Shown here in pieces: positions 38,573-47,928 of a DNA stretch of 64,000 bases. The DNA is from Candidatus Woesearchaeota archaeon (GTDB taxonomy: Archaea; Nanobdellota; Nanobdellia; Woesearchaeales; GW2011-AR15). The translations under genes and the position numbers were made by a program. The notes under the pieces were generated by a model. It was not told the origin of the DNA and did not search any database. It was given only the letters and a program-made list of their open reading frames with translations. Location of the stretch: NCBI GenBank assembly GCA_038874655.1, contig JAVZBY010000001.1, positions 133,007-197,006 on the forward strand, written 5' to 3'. Position 1 is the stretch's first letter, and each line of letters starts with the position of its first letter.

Positions 38573-39601
38573 TTAATACATGTTTTTTATTTCAAAATCC
38601 ACACAGATTCTATATTTTCCAGGACTATATTGACCACATTTTACAATTTTTTTTATTTCATAATGTATTTTTTTATTATAGTTATTAATTGCATTTTTTA
38701 TTTTTTCCTCTGATTTATAAATCTCTGTTTCTTGTTCAAAATCATAAAAATGAATTATTGTATTTTTTTTTGAAACTAAAAAAGCTAAATCTAAAAAATT
38801 TTCTGCTCCTTTTGGCAATGGCATTAAAATTCTATCAAAATATATTTTTTTTGATGCTAGTTTTGGTATTTCTGTTTTTACATCGCCATTTATAAAGAGA
38901 ATGTTTTCTGTTTTGTTTATTTTTTGATTTTCTAATGCATATTTATGTGCTATTTCATTTTTTTCAATTGCTATTATGTTTTTTGCAATTGTGTTTTTTG
39001 ATATAACAATTGGATAAACTCCTGAACCTGAAAACATTACCAATATTGTTTCGGGTTTTTTTATTTGTTCATAGATTCTTTTTCTTTCTGTGCTTAATCT
39101 TGGAGAAAAATAAACTTTTTCAACATCTAATTTTATTTTTACATTGTTTTCCTTATGTATTGTTTCTTTTTTATTTTCACCATATACAAAAGATAATTTT
39201 CTTGTTCTAAATTCTCCTTCAAAAATACCTGATTTTTTTAATATTGTTTTAATGTTTTTGTTTATTTTAAGTAATGCTTTTGCAATATCTATTTCTTCTT
39301 TTTTTGTATAACCTTTTAATTCAATAATTATTATATCTCCTATTATGTCATAAGAGCTTGGTAATCTTTGCTTTTTTTCAATTGTGAAATTTAATAATTC
39401 TCTATAGTCTGTTATTTTTTCTTTTTTTTCTAATTCTTTATCTAAATATGAAACATTTTTTAAATCAATTTTTTCAGAAACTGGAAAATATATATATTCA
39501 AAATCTTTTTCTGGTTTAACACCTTTTATTAAGATTTTTTTTTCTAATAGTATTTTTTTTATTTTCTCTGCTTCTTTTAGTTTTACTTTTGCTACTAGCA
39601 T
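38573..39601 (-). CDS. trm5: Trm5/Met10-family tRNA methyltransferase
   Basis: SYDIIGDI, GEFR.R, HKEN, VYFSPRLSTER, MFSG.G, DRILMPLP. Confidence 0.9.
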   Translation of the reverse strand: MLVAKVKLKEAEKIKKILLEKKILIKGVKPEKDFEYIYFPVSEKIDLKNVSYLDKELEKKEKITDYRELLNFTIEKKQRLPSSYDIIGDIIIIELKGYTKKEEIDIAKALLKINKNIKTILKKSGIFEGEFRTRKLSFVYGENKKETIHKENNVKIKLDVEKVYFSPRLSTERKRIYEQIKKPETILVMFSGSGVYPIVISKNTIAKNIIAIEKNEIAHKYALENQKINKTENILFINGDVKTEIPKLASKKIYFDRILMPLPKGAENFLDLAFLVSKKNTIIHFYDFEQETEIYKSEEKIKNAINNYNKKIHYEIKKIVKCGQYSPGKYRICVDFEIKNMY

Positions 39602-39768
39602 ATTATTTTGTTATTTGTAAATATTTAAAAAAATATCTTATAACAAAAATATTTTATAACAAATTTCTATATTTTTTTCTATTATGATTTTTTAGAATAA
39701 TTAAAAAAATTTTATAAATTAAAAAAATATTAACAAAAAGAATATAAAAATATAAAACTAGCTTTAAA

Positions 39769-40887
39769 ATGATAGATAAAGATAAGGTTAAAGAATTTGT
39801 AAAATTAAAAGGTCCAGTTTTACCTCGAGATGTTTCTAAGGAATTTAAAGTAGATACTTTTATTACTGGTGCTGTATTAAGTACTTTAGTAGATAATAAA
39901 GAATTAAAAATTAGTTATGCGAAAATTGGAGGAAGCCCTGTTTATTATGCTGATGGACAAGAAAGTAAATTAGTTATGCTTTATAATTACTTGCCTAGTA
40001 AAGAAAAAGAAGCTTTTAATTTGCTAAAAGAAAAAAAGGTTTTGAGAGATGCTGATTTAGAACCTTCTATAAGAGTTGCTTTAAAAAACATAAAGGATTT
40101 TGCTAAACCATTAGAAGTTAATATAAATAACAATAAAGAAATTTTTTGGAAATGGTTTTTATTAAGTAATAATGAAGCTGAAATATATATTAAAAATGTT
40201 ATGATAGGTTTAATATCTAAAAATCAAGAAAATATTGAAAATATTGATAAAAAAATTGATACAGAAAAAGAAATATTAAATGATGAAAAAAATAATATTA
40301 TGGATAATGAAAAAAATTTTATTAATAATATGCATAATAAAAACCTAAATCACTATGATAATATTGAAAATGATAATATTGAAAAGAAAGAAACAATTAT
40401 TTATTCAAAAAATAATATTGACAAAAATAATATTGAGAAGTTAAGGAATAAAAAATTAGAAAAAGAGATTATAAATAAAAAAATTGATTCTATGAAAAAT
40501 GAAACTAATATTATAGAAAATTTGATAAAAACTGATACTTTAAATAAATTAAACCTAGAAAAAGATTCTGAAAGTGATGCTTTTTTAAGAAAAATTATAA
40601 ATTTATTTAAAGAAAAAAATGTGGAGATAATTAATTATAATATTATAAGAAAAAATAATGATATTGAGATGAAAATTATTATACCTTCTAATGTCGGAAA
40701 ATTAAATTATTATTGTAAAGCAAAAAATAAAAAGAAAGTTGATGATAAAGAATTAAGTTCTATTTTTGTTTTGAGCCAAATGAAAAAATTGCCTATTTTA
40801 TATATTACAACAGGAGAATTAAGTAAAAAAGCTAAAGAATTATTAGAAAATGAATTTAAAAATATTTGTGTTTATAAATTAGAATAA
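39769..40887 (+). CDS. Hypothetical protein: N-terminal wHTH-like domain, Asn-rich linker, C-terminal alpha/beta domain
   Basis: GPVLP, KIGGSPVYY; low-complexity middle; C-terminal KAKNKK..D..EL...ILYITTG. Confidence 0.72.
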   Translation: MIDKDKVKEFVKLKGPVLPRDVSKEFKVDTFITGAVLSTLVDNKELKISYAKIGGSPVYYADGQESKLVMLYNYLPSKEKEAFNLLKEKKVLRDADLEPSIRVALKNIKDFAKPLEVNINNNKEIFWKWFLLSNNEAEIYIKNVMIGLISKNQENIENIDKKIDTEKEILNDEKNNIMDNEKNFINNMHNKNLNHYDNIENDNIEKKETIIYSKNNIDKNNIEKLRNKKLEKEIINKKIDSMKNETNIIENLIKTDTLNKLNLEKDSESDAFLRKIINLFKEKNVEIINYNIIRKNNDIEMKIIIPSNVGKLNYYCKAKNKKKVDDKELSSIFVLSQMKKLPILYITTGELSKKAKELLENEFKNICVYKLE

Positions 40888-40981
40888 AAGTTAAACTAAA
40901 AGATATATCATTTAAAATTATATTAAAAATCACATAATAGATATAATATATAAAAATTAGTATGATTGTTTTAGATGTAAG

Positions 40982-42007
40982 ATGGGTACAAATTTAGAAC
41001 CTTTAATTGTTTCAAAAGAAATTTCAATTGAAGATTTAAATGGAAAAAGATTAGTTGTTGATAGTTTTAATATGCTTTATCAGTTTTTAACTACTATAAG
41101 ACAACCAGATGGCAATCTTTTGATGGATTCAAAAGGAAGAATTACAAGTCATTTATCTGGCTTGTTTTTTAGAATTTCTGCTTTGTTAAAAAATAATATA
41201 AAATTGGCTTTTGTTTTTGATGGAGTTTCTCCTGATTTAAAAAAAGAAGAAAAAATAAGAAGAGCAGAATTAAAAGAAGATGCTTATCTTAAATATAAAG
41301 AAGCTGTTGAAAAAGAAGATATTGAATTAATGAAAAAATATGCCTCAAGAGTTAGTTTTTTAACAAAAGAAATTATTGAAGAAAGTAAAATTTTAATTGA
41401 TGCGTTTGGTTTGCCAATTATACAAGCTCCTAGTGAAGGAGAAGCTCAAGCTGCGTTTATGGTTAAAAATAATGATTTTTATGCTGTATTAAGTCAAGAT
41501 ACAGATAGTTTATTATTTGGTTCATTAAGAGTTATAAAAAATTTAAGTGTTTCTAGAAAAAGAAAATTAGCTAATAAAATGTCTTATGTAAACGTTAACC
41601 CAGAGTTAATTGAGTTAAGCAATATTTTAAATAATTTAGGGATTGATTTAGATCAATTAATTGTTATTGGTATTTTATGTGGTACTGATTTCAATATTGG
41701 TGGTATTAAAGGAATTGGGCCTAAAAAAGCACTTGGTTTAATTAAAAAATATAATAAAAATTTTGATTCATTATTTCATGAAGTAAAATGGAATGATTTC
41801 TTTAATTATGATTGGAAACTTGTTTTTGATACTATAAAAAATATGCCTGTAAATAAAGATTATAAGTTAATATGGAAAGATATTGACAAAAATAAAATTT
41901 ATAATTTTTTAGTAAATGAGTATGATTTTAATAGGGAAAGGGTTGAAAAAATCTTGACAGAATTAGGAAAAAAACAAGAACAAAAAGGGCTTAGTTCTTT
42001 TTTTTAA
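40982..42007 (+). CDS. fen: Flap endonuclease FEN-1
   Basis: YQFL..IRQPDG, FVFDG, APSEGEAQAA, SQD.D, GTDFN.GGIKGIGPK; PIP box QKGLSSFF. Confidence 0.97.
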   Translation: MGTNLEPLIVSKEISIEDLNGKRLVVDSFNMLYQFLTTIRQPDGNLLMDSKGRITSHLSGLFFRISALLKNNIKLAFVFDGVSPDLKKEEKIRRAELKEDAYLKYKEAVEKEDIELMKKYASRVSFLTKEIIEESKILIDAFGLPIIQAPSEGEAQAAFMVKNNDFYAVLSQDTDSLLFGSLRVIKNLSVSRKRKLANKMSYVNVNPELIELSNILNNLGIDLDQLIVIGILCGTDFNIGGIKGIGPKKALGLIKKYNKNFDSLFHEVKWNDFFNYDWKLVFDTIKNMPVNKDYKLIWKDIDKNKIYNFLVNEYDFNRERVEKILTELGKKQEQKGLSSFF

Positions 42008-42040
42008 TACTTAGTTATAATTAAAATTAATTAATAGAAA

Positions 42041-42670
42041 TTAAGGTCTAAGCCATCTACATTCCCAATAAGAAACATCTAATTCATCATCTACAACAGC
42101 TATTAATAATCTTTTTCTTGTGCTATGTGCTACTCTATTTTTTGCTGCAAATTCATACCATGTTAAAGATGAATCTTCCTTAACTGGATAAACAATCCAT
42201 TTGGCATGATCTTCTCCTGGTTTAATACCTCTATCATATACTCTAAAATCTGCACCAAATTTTAATGCTGTTTTTACTATATAACCTCTGTTTCTTAAAT
42301 CTTTATACACTGAGTATCTCACAAAAAAATTTTTGTCTAATTTTTTTGCTTTTTTTAAAAATTGCTCTTTTGTTAATATTTTTTTTGAATCATATATTTC
42401 TATTTTTTCTTTTTCTAATAAATAAAAGCCTTCTATTTGTGATAATTGAACTTTTCCATCTTCCAATAAAACACCAAACCTGCTTTGGTTGTAGAGCTCT
42501 TTTGCTTCGTTTGAATTTTCTGTTATAACTAAACCTTGTGCATATTGGGTTTTTATTTTATATTTTGGTTTTTTTTCCTCTCTTTTTTGGTCTTCAGAAT
42601 CTTGAATTGTGTCTTCTTCTTGAATTATTAATTCTTTTTTTTGATTCTTTGTGATTAATTTTTTAGGCAT
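42041..42670 (-). CDS. endA: tRNA splicing endonuclease
   Basis: VYKDLR.RGY..K.ALKFGADF.VY..G....HA, RVAHSTRK. Confidence 0.93.
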   Translation of the reverse strand: MPKKLITKNQKKELIIQEEDTIQDSEDQKREEKKPKYKIKTQYAQGLVITENSNEAKELYNQSRFGVLLEDGKVQLSQIEGFYLLEKEKIEIYDSKKILTKEQFLKKAKKLDKNFFVRYSVYKDLRNRGYIVKTALKFGADFRVYDRGIKPGEDHAKWIVYPVKEDSSLTWYEFAAKNRVAHSTRKRLLIAVVDDELDVSYWECRWLRP

Positions 42671-42772
42671 GCTGTATTGAAGTATTTTTTAGTTTAAAAA
42701 ATTTGTTGATTATTTTTTATTTTCATTGTTTAAAAAAATAATTATAAAAATAAGATTATGTTTCAATATATT

Positions 42773-43663
42773 ATGGAGATAACTTTTTTAGGAACTAGTT
42801 GTATGGTGCCTACTAAAGAAAGAAATCATCAATCTATATTTTTGTTTTACAAAGGTGAAGGTATTTTAATTGATTGTGGTGAAGGTACACAAAGGCAAAT
42901 GAAAATTGCAGATATAAAGTTTAGTAAAATAAATAAGATTTTAATTAGTCATTGGCATGGAGATCATGTTTTAGGATTACCTGGCTTATTGCAAAGTATT
43001 AATGCTTCTGGTTATGAAGGTAAATTATTAATATATGGGCCAAAAGAGACTAAAGAAAGATTTTTTTTTATGACAAAGGCTTTTTCATTTAATTTAAATT
43101 TTGACTATGAAATTATAGAATTAAAAAATAAAGATGTTATTGAGAGTAGAGATTTAATTATTGAAACAAGAGAATTAGAGCATGGAATCCCTTGTTTAGG
43201 ATATTCTATAAAAGAGAAAGATATAAGAAAAATTAGGCTGAATTTTGTAAGAAAATTAGGAATTCCTGATGGTCCTTTATTAGGGGAATTACAAAATAAT
43301 AAAGAGATAATATGGGAAGGAAAGAAAATACACCCTGATGAAGCTACTTATATTGTAAAAGGTAAAAAAGTTTCTATTATATTAGACACAAATTTTTGTA
43401 ATAATGCATTAGAATTGGCAAAAGATTCTGATTTACTTATTTCTGAATCTGTTTATCCAGACGAGTTGTACAATAAAGCAGAAGAATATAAGCATATGAC
43501 TGCAAAAAATGCTGCTTATTTAGCTTCAAAAAGTAATTCAAAAAAATTAATTTTAACTCATTTTAGTCAAAGATTTAAAACAATAGAAAATATTTTAGAT
43601 GAAGCAAAAGAAATTTTTCCTGAGACATATGCATCATATGATTTAATGAAAGTAAAAGTATAA
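42773..43663 (+). CDS. rnz: Ribonuclease Z
   Basis: FLGTS..PT.ERN, DCGEGTQ, SHWHGDH, GP exosite, THFSQR; start taken at MEITF. Confidence 0.95.
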   Translation: MEITFLGTSCMVPTKERNHQSIFLFYKGEGILIDCGEGTQRQMKIADIKFSKINKILISHWHGDHVLGLPGLLQSINASGYEGKLLIYGPKETKERFFFMTKAFSFNLNFDYEIIELKNKDVIESRDLIIETRELEHGIPCLGYSIKEKDIRKIRLNFVRKLGIPDGPLLGELQNNKEIIWEGKKIHPDEATYIVKGKKVSIILDTNFCNNALELAKDSDLLISESVYPDELYNKAEEYKHMTAKNAAYLASKSNSKKLILTHFSQRFKTIENILDEAKEIFPETYASYDLMKVKV

Positions 43664-43710
43664 TTTTTATATTTTTTTAATTTGTTGTTTTATAATTTTT
43701 TTATTAGAAA

Positions 43711-44106
43711 ATGTCAAAAATAAAAGGAACAAGAGCTGAAAGAGAATTAATAAAAATGTTTTGGGCATCTGGATGGGCTGCAATTAGAAGTGCAGGCTCT
43801 GGAAGTATGCACTATCCTAGCCCAGATATTTTAGCAGGAAATAAATTAAGAATTTTAGCAGTTGAAGTAAAATTTACAAACGAAGATAAAAAATATTTTT
43901 CTGAGGAAGATAAAAAACAATTAATTAACTTTTCTGAGTATTTTGGCGCTGAACCATGGATTGCTATTAAGTTTTCTACTACTTGGGTTTTTGTAAATCC
44001 TGAAGATTTGAAAAAAACAAAAGAGGGATATGTTTTTTCTATTGAAGATACAGAGATAAAAGGAATTTCTTTTGAAGAACTTATTGGTTTTTCTATAAAA
44101 GAGTAA
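43711..44106 (+). CDS. hjc: Holliday junction resolvase Hjc
   Basis: KG.RAEREL, R.AGSG, PDILAG, IEVK-like AVEVK. Confidence 0.93.
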   Translation: MSKIKGTRAERELIKMFWASGWAAIRSAGSGSMHYPSPDILAGNKLRILAVEVKFTNEDKKYFSEEDKKQLINFSEYFGAEPWIAIKFSTTWVFVNPEDLKKTKEGYVFSIEDTEIKGISFEELIGFSIKE

Positions 44107-44213
44107 TATTAAAAAAATAAATTTTATTATAAAATATACAACGATAGAATATATAAAGATTACAATATATAATAAATTACAATATTAGTTTTTTATTATA
44201 TTTATTATTATTG

Positions 44214-45005
44214 CTAATGAAACAGCTTACTATTATGAAATTTTATTTCTTTTTCTAAATGTTCTGGTTTTAAAATACCATATTCACATATATATGCTGT
44301 TATGTTTTCTGGCTCTATAATTTCGTAATTTATTATTTTGTGTTCTTTATCTGTATATTTTAGTGAATGAGTTATAACATATAAGGGAATTCTGTTTTTG
44401 TTAATGTAATGTGCTATTGCTTCTGAACCTTTTTTTGTTAGTGATTTGTTTTTTATGATTCCTTCTGAACCAAATAAAGATAAATCTATGTTTTTAATTG
44501 CTTCTTTAATTTCTAGATCATTAAAGAGATTTACTTTAATTCCTTGTGATCTAAATTTTTCTGCTGCTAACTCGCCAAACGGTTTTGAAGATAATAGATT
44601 TATGTTTAGTTTTTTTTCTTTAGATATAGATAAAATAGAATCATAAACCAGATTATTTATTGAATGAATAAATATTGTTGAATTATTTTTTATTTTTTTA
44701 TGTAAATTTTTAGTAATTTCGTTTTTTGAAAATTCTAAATGTGTTAATATTTTTTCATATTTTTCTTTGGCTATTTTTTCTATATCTGTTGGATGTAAAT
44801 TTGTTAAAAAAAAATCTAGTGTGTTTTTTAAAACAATGTTATTTGGTTCTTTTTCTTTTAATATATTACTTGTAATAATTAGATCTTGAACAACAGAATT
44901 TTTAGGATTATTTTTTATAATAGAATAAAGCAAAAATGCACTAGATTTTGCACTTATATCTTGATTGTAATAAGGAATTAGGTCTCTATCTAATAGTTTT
45001 TCCAT
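44214..45005 (-). CDS. eIF-2B alpha/beta/delta / ribose-1,5-bisphosphate isomerase-fold protein (divergent)
   Basis: IKNNSTIFIHS, SKPFG, KKGS..IA, PLYV....KY, ITAYICEYG. Confidence 0.75.
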   Translation of the reverse strand: MEKLLDRDLIPYYNQDISAKSSAFLLYSIIKNNPKNSVVQDLIITSNILKEKEPNNIVLKNTLDFFLTNLHPTDIEKIAKEKYEKILTHLEFSKNEITKNLHKKIKNNSTIFIHSINNLVYDSILSISKEKKLNINLLSSKPFGELAAEKFRSQGIKVNLFNDLEIKEAIKNIDLSLFGSEGIIKNKSLTKKGSEAIAHYINKNRIPLYVITHSLKYTDKEHKIINYEIIEPENITAYICEYGILKPEHLEKEIKFHNSKLFH

Positions 45006-45039
45006 TTTATAATTTTATTTATATTGATTTTTTTAAAAA

Positions 45040-45288
45040 TTATTTTTTTAATTTTTTTTCTATTTCTTTTTCTACTTTTCGCTCTTCTTTTTCTATTTCT
45101 TTTTCTAATTTTTCTATTTTGATTTCTTCTGATAAAACTTTTTGAACTAATTTTTCTATGTTTTCATCTATTTTTGCCATTCTCCTTTCCATTAATACTA
45201 GGATTCTTAAACTATATACTATTGCTGCTAACGTACCAACTATTATTGCTAGAATTAAATTTAACATTTCTGCTGGTTGTAATGCCAT
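45040..45288 (-). CDS. Small membrane protein with C-terminal coiled coil
   Basis: One TM (IIVGTLAAIVYSLRILVLMERR) then E/K-rich helix; RBS GAGGTG. Confidence 0.75.
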   Translation of the reverse strand: MALQPAEMLNLILAIIVGTLAAIVYSLRILVLMERRMAKIDENIEKLVQKVLSEEIKIEKLEKEIEKEERKVEKEIEKKLKK

Positions 45289-45470
45289 TTTTACACCTCT
45301 TTTTTGTTTGACATTTTTTTAAATATTATGTTTTATTATTTTTTATTTTGATTTTTATAGTTTTAAAATTTAATTTATGAACTTACTTAAAAAGTCTATA
45401 AAAATAAGATATATAAAACTTTTGGTTTTGAATTATTAAAAAAGAAGATGATAATTAAAAAGTTGGTTTT

Positions 45471-46244
45471 TTAATTTATAGAAGAAAGCAATGTTTTTGC
45501 TAATTGCTCTGATTCTGTCCATAGTGCTATTTCGTAATTAGGATGTACTTCTTTTTCTTTTGTTAAAAATACTGCTACATTTTTGTTGTCTGCTATAAAA
45601 AACCTAGTATGTGGTTCTGAAATATTTTTAAGAGTTACATAATTTGAAAGTATTTCTTGTTCAGATTTTGTTTTTTCTGTTAGTGGTGCAGCAATTGTAA
45701 TAGAAACACCCCTTTCTTTTGCTTTTTTGATGTGCTTTAAAAATTCTTGTGTTTTTCTTTTAAATCCTGTTTCTGTTGTAACAATAACTATGTTTTCTTT
45801 TGCGTTTTTTAAGAGATATTCCATATGAGCATAAATATTTTCGTGTCCTCTTAATGAGCCAGTAATATCTGAAGGATCTCTTGATTCGATTCCTTGTGTG
45901 TGTAATAAAACTAATTCATTTAAAATTTCGCTATTTTTAAGTTCTTCTAATTTTTTTTCTTCATCTTCTGCATTTTGTTTTATTCTTTTTTTTACTCTTT
46001 CTAATGCTTCCTCTGGTGGCAAAGCAATATATTTTATAGGTTTTCCTACTTTTTGTGTTATGAATCCTTTTTTTTCTAAGCTTTCTAAAACATCATAAGA
46101 CCTGCTTCTTGGAACATTTGCTATGTCTGATAGTTCTCCTGCTGTTGAAACACCCCTAGATAATAATGCTGCCCATATTTTTGATTCATAACTATTTAAA
46201 CCGAATTCTTTTAATTTTGAAAGAGTTTTTTTATCTACTATCAT
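45471..46244 (-). CDS. TrmB-family transcriptional regulator (paralog 2)
   Basis: Same HTH as 25807-26625; start taken at MIVD after GAGG (ORF track start 46259). Confidence 0.9.
   Translation of the reverse strand: MIVDKKTLSKLKEFGLNSYESKIWAALLSRGVSTAGELSDIANVPRSRSYDVLESLEKKGFITQKVGKPIKYIALPPEEALERVKKRIKQNAEDEEKKLEELKNSEILNELVLLHTQGIESRDPSDITGSLRGHENIYAHMEYLLKNAKENIVIVTTETGFKRKTQEFLKHIKKAKERGVSITIAAPLTEKTKSEQEILSNYVTLKNISEPHTRFFIADNKNVAVFLTKEKEVHPNYEIALWTESEQLAKTLLSSIN
46014..46171. repeat. 158-bp near-identical repeat, copy B (in TrmB paralog 2)
   Basis: Matches 26392-26549 except two synonymous positions. Confidence 0.9.
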
Positions 46245-46339
46245 TTTTTTCCTCTTCATATGTTTTTTTCATTTAAAAATATACTATAGAAAAAAGATTA
46301 TTATATTTAAACCTTTTTATATTTACTATTTGTTAGTGA

Positions 46340-46600
46340 TTACAAAATAACAAAGTGTTATTTTTTTAACATATTTACAAAATTTTAAGATATTTTTGAA
46401 TATCTCTGACACCTTTGTTTCCTATGTATGGTTTTATCAATACTTTAAAAAATTTTGATTTATATTTATTAAAAATATAAAAAAAGTTAATATGATATAT
46501 ATAGCTAGATATAGATAGCAAGAGTCAATTATTTTCAATATTGAAAATAATTAAATAATTTATAATATTTTTTCCATAAGAAAAAAAGGGGTAGGTCTTT
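46340..46600. other. Probable chromosomal replication origin (oriC)
   Basis: Inverted ORB-like boxes at 46409-46428 (minus: TACATAGGAAACAAAGGTGT) and 46572-46592 (plus: TTCCATAAGAAAAAAAGGGGT) flank an AT-rich segment directly upstream of cdc6. Confidence 0.75.
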
Positions 46601-46652
46601 TATTTCTTTTAGAATATAAATCTTTTTAAAGAAAATATAAATTTTTTATCAT

Positions 46653-47864
46653 ATGACACAAAAAGGGCTTTCTAATTTTTTTGAGAAGTTTTTAGAGGAT
46701 AATAAAATATTCAAAAATAGAAATATATTACAATCAAGCTATATTCCAGAAGTTGTTTTTCATAGAGATGAACAAATTAATACAATTGCTTCTGTTTTAG
46801 CACCTTCTTTGAAAGGTTCTAAACCTTCTAATCTATTTTTATATGGAAATCCAGGAACAGGAAAAACATTGTGTATAAAATATGTATCAAGACAAATGCA
46901 AGAGATAATTGATAAAAAAGAGCTTCCAGTTAAAATTTTATATTTAAATTGTAAAATGAAAAGAATTGCGGATACAGAATATAGATTAATAGCACAAATT
47001 ATTAAAGAGATGGGTGACGATGTTCCGGCAACAGGATTGCCGACAGATGAAGTTTATAATATTTTTTTTAACTTATTAAGCAAAGGAAAGGAAAGAGTTA
47101 TTATTTTAATTTTAGATGAAATAGACCAGTTAATAAATAAAGCAGGAGATGAAGTGATATATAATTTAATTAGATTAAATAGCGAGATAAATAATGTGCA
47201 ATTATCTTTAGTTGGAATAAGTAATAATGCTGCTTTTACAGAGGCAATGGATCCAAGAGTAAAATCGTCTTTAAGTGAAGAAGATGTTTTATTTACACCA
47301 TATAATGCACTACAAATAAAAGATATTTTGAAAAATAGAGCAGAAATGGCTTTTTTTGATGGTGTTTTAGAAACAGGATTAATAGAAAAATGTGCTGCTA
47401 TTGCTGCAAGAGAACATGGTGATGCAAGAAGAGCATTAGAACTTTTGAGGGTTGCCGGAGAAATTGCTGAAAGAAAAGGGTTATCAAAAGTTAGGTTAGA
47501 TCATTTAGATGAAGCAGAAGAAAGAATTGAAAAAGAAAGAATTTTAGACCTTGTAAAAGCACAGCCAAAACAAACACATATTACTTTGTATAGTATATTA
47601 ACTCTTTTTGAAAAAACAAATAAACCGGTTTACACAGGGGATATTTACGATGTTTATAAAAAACTTTGTATAAAAACAGATTTAAGGCCTTTGACACAAA
47701 GAAGAGTTTCAGATATTATTGGTGAATTAGATTTGCTTGGAATAATTAATGCAAAAATTGTTTTTAAAGGAAGACACGGAAAGACAAGAGAGATAACACC
47801 AACAATGAATATGACTTTAAAAGAAAGAATTTTAGAAATACTTAAAGAAGAAATTGACTTGTAA
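46653..47864 (+). CDS. cdc6: Orc1/Cdc6 replication initiator
   Basis: HRDEQI, GNPGTGKT, LDEID, DPRVKSSL, GDARRAL, wHTH ELDLLGII...GRHG.T. Confidence 0.97.
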   Translation: MTQKGLSNFFEKFLEDNKIFKNRNILQSSYIPEVVFHRDEQINTIASVLAPSLKGSKPSNLFLYGNPGTGKTLCIKYVSRQMQEIIDKKELPVKILYLNCKMKRIADTEYRLIAQIIKEMGDDVPATGLPTDEVYNIFFNLLSKGKERVIILILDEIDQLINKAGDEVIYNLIRLNSEINNVQLSLVGISNNAAFTEAMDPRVKSSLSEEDVLFTPYNALQIKDILKNRAEMAFFDGVLETGLIEKCAAIAAREHGDARRALELLRVAGEIAERKGLSKVRLDHLDEAEERIEKERILDLVKAQPKQTHITLYSILTLFEKTNKPVYTGDIYDVYKKLCIKTDLRPLTQRRVSDIIGELDLLGIINAKIVFKGRHGKTREITPTMNMTLKERILEILKEEIDL

Positions 47865-47928
47865 TAACAAAGTAAAATTATTTAGAAAAATAATATTTTT
47901 CATATATCTTTTTTAAATATACATTAAA

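Noticed and set aside
40220-40560. Tandem repeat in the Asn-rich segment
   Set aside because: Low-complexity coding linker without a consistent repeat unit
26392-46171. TrmB repeat pair as a diversity-generating retroelement TR/VR
   Set aside because: Only two differences, both synonymous and not consistently adenine-specific on one strand; both copies lie in coding HTH regions; no reverse transcriptase in the window
46494-46520. NrdR-box-like CTAGATATAG in the origin region (similar text near 26698)
   Set aside because: Flanks do not fit the consensus, no properly spaced tandem box, and such AT-rich words arise by chance here
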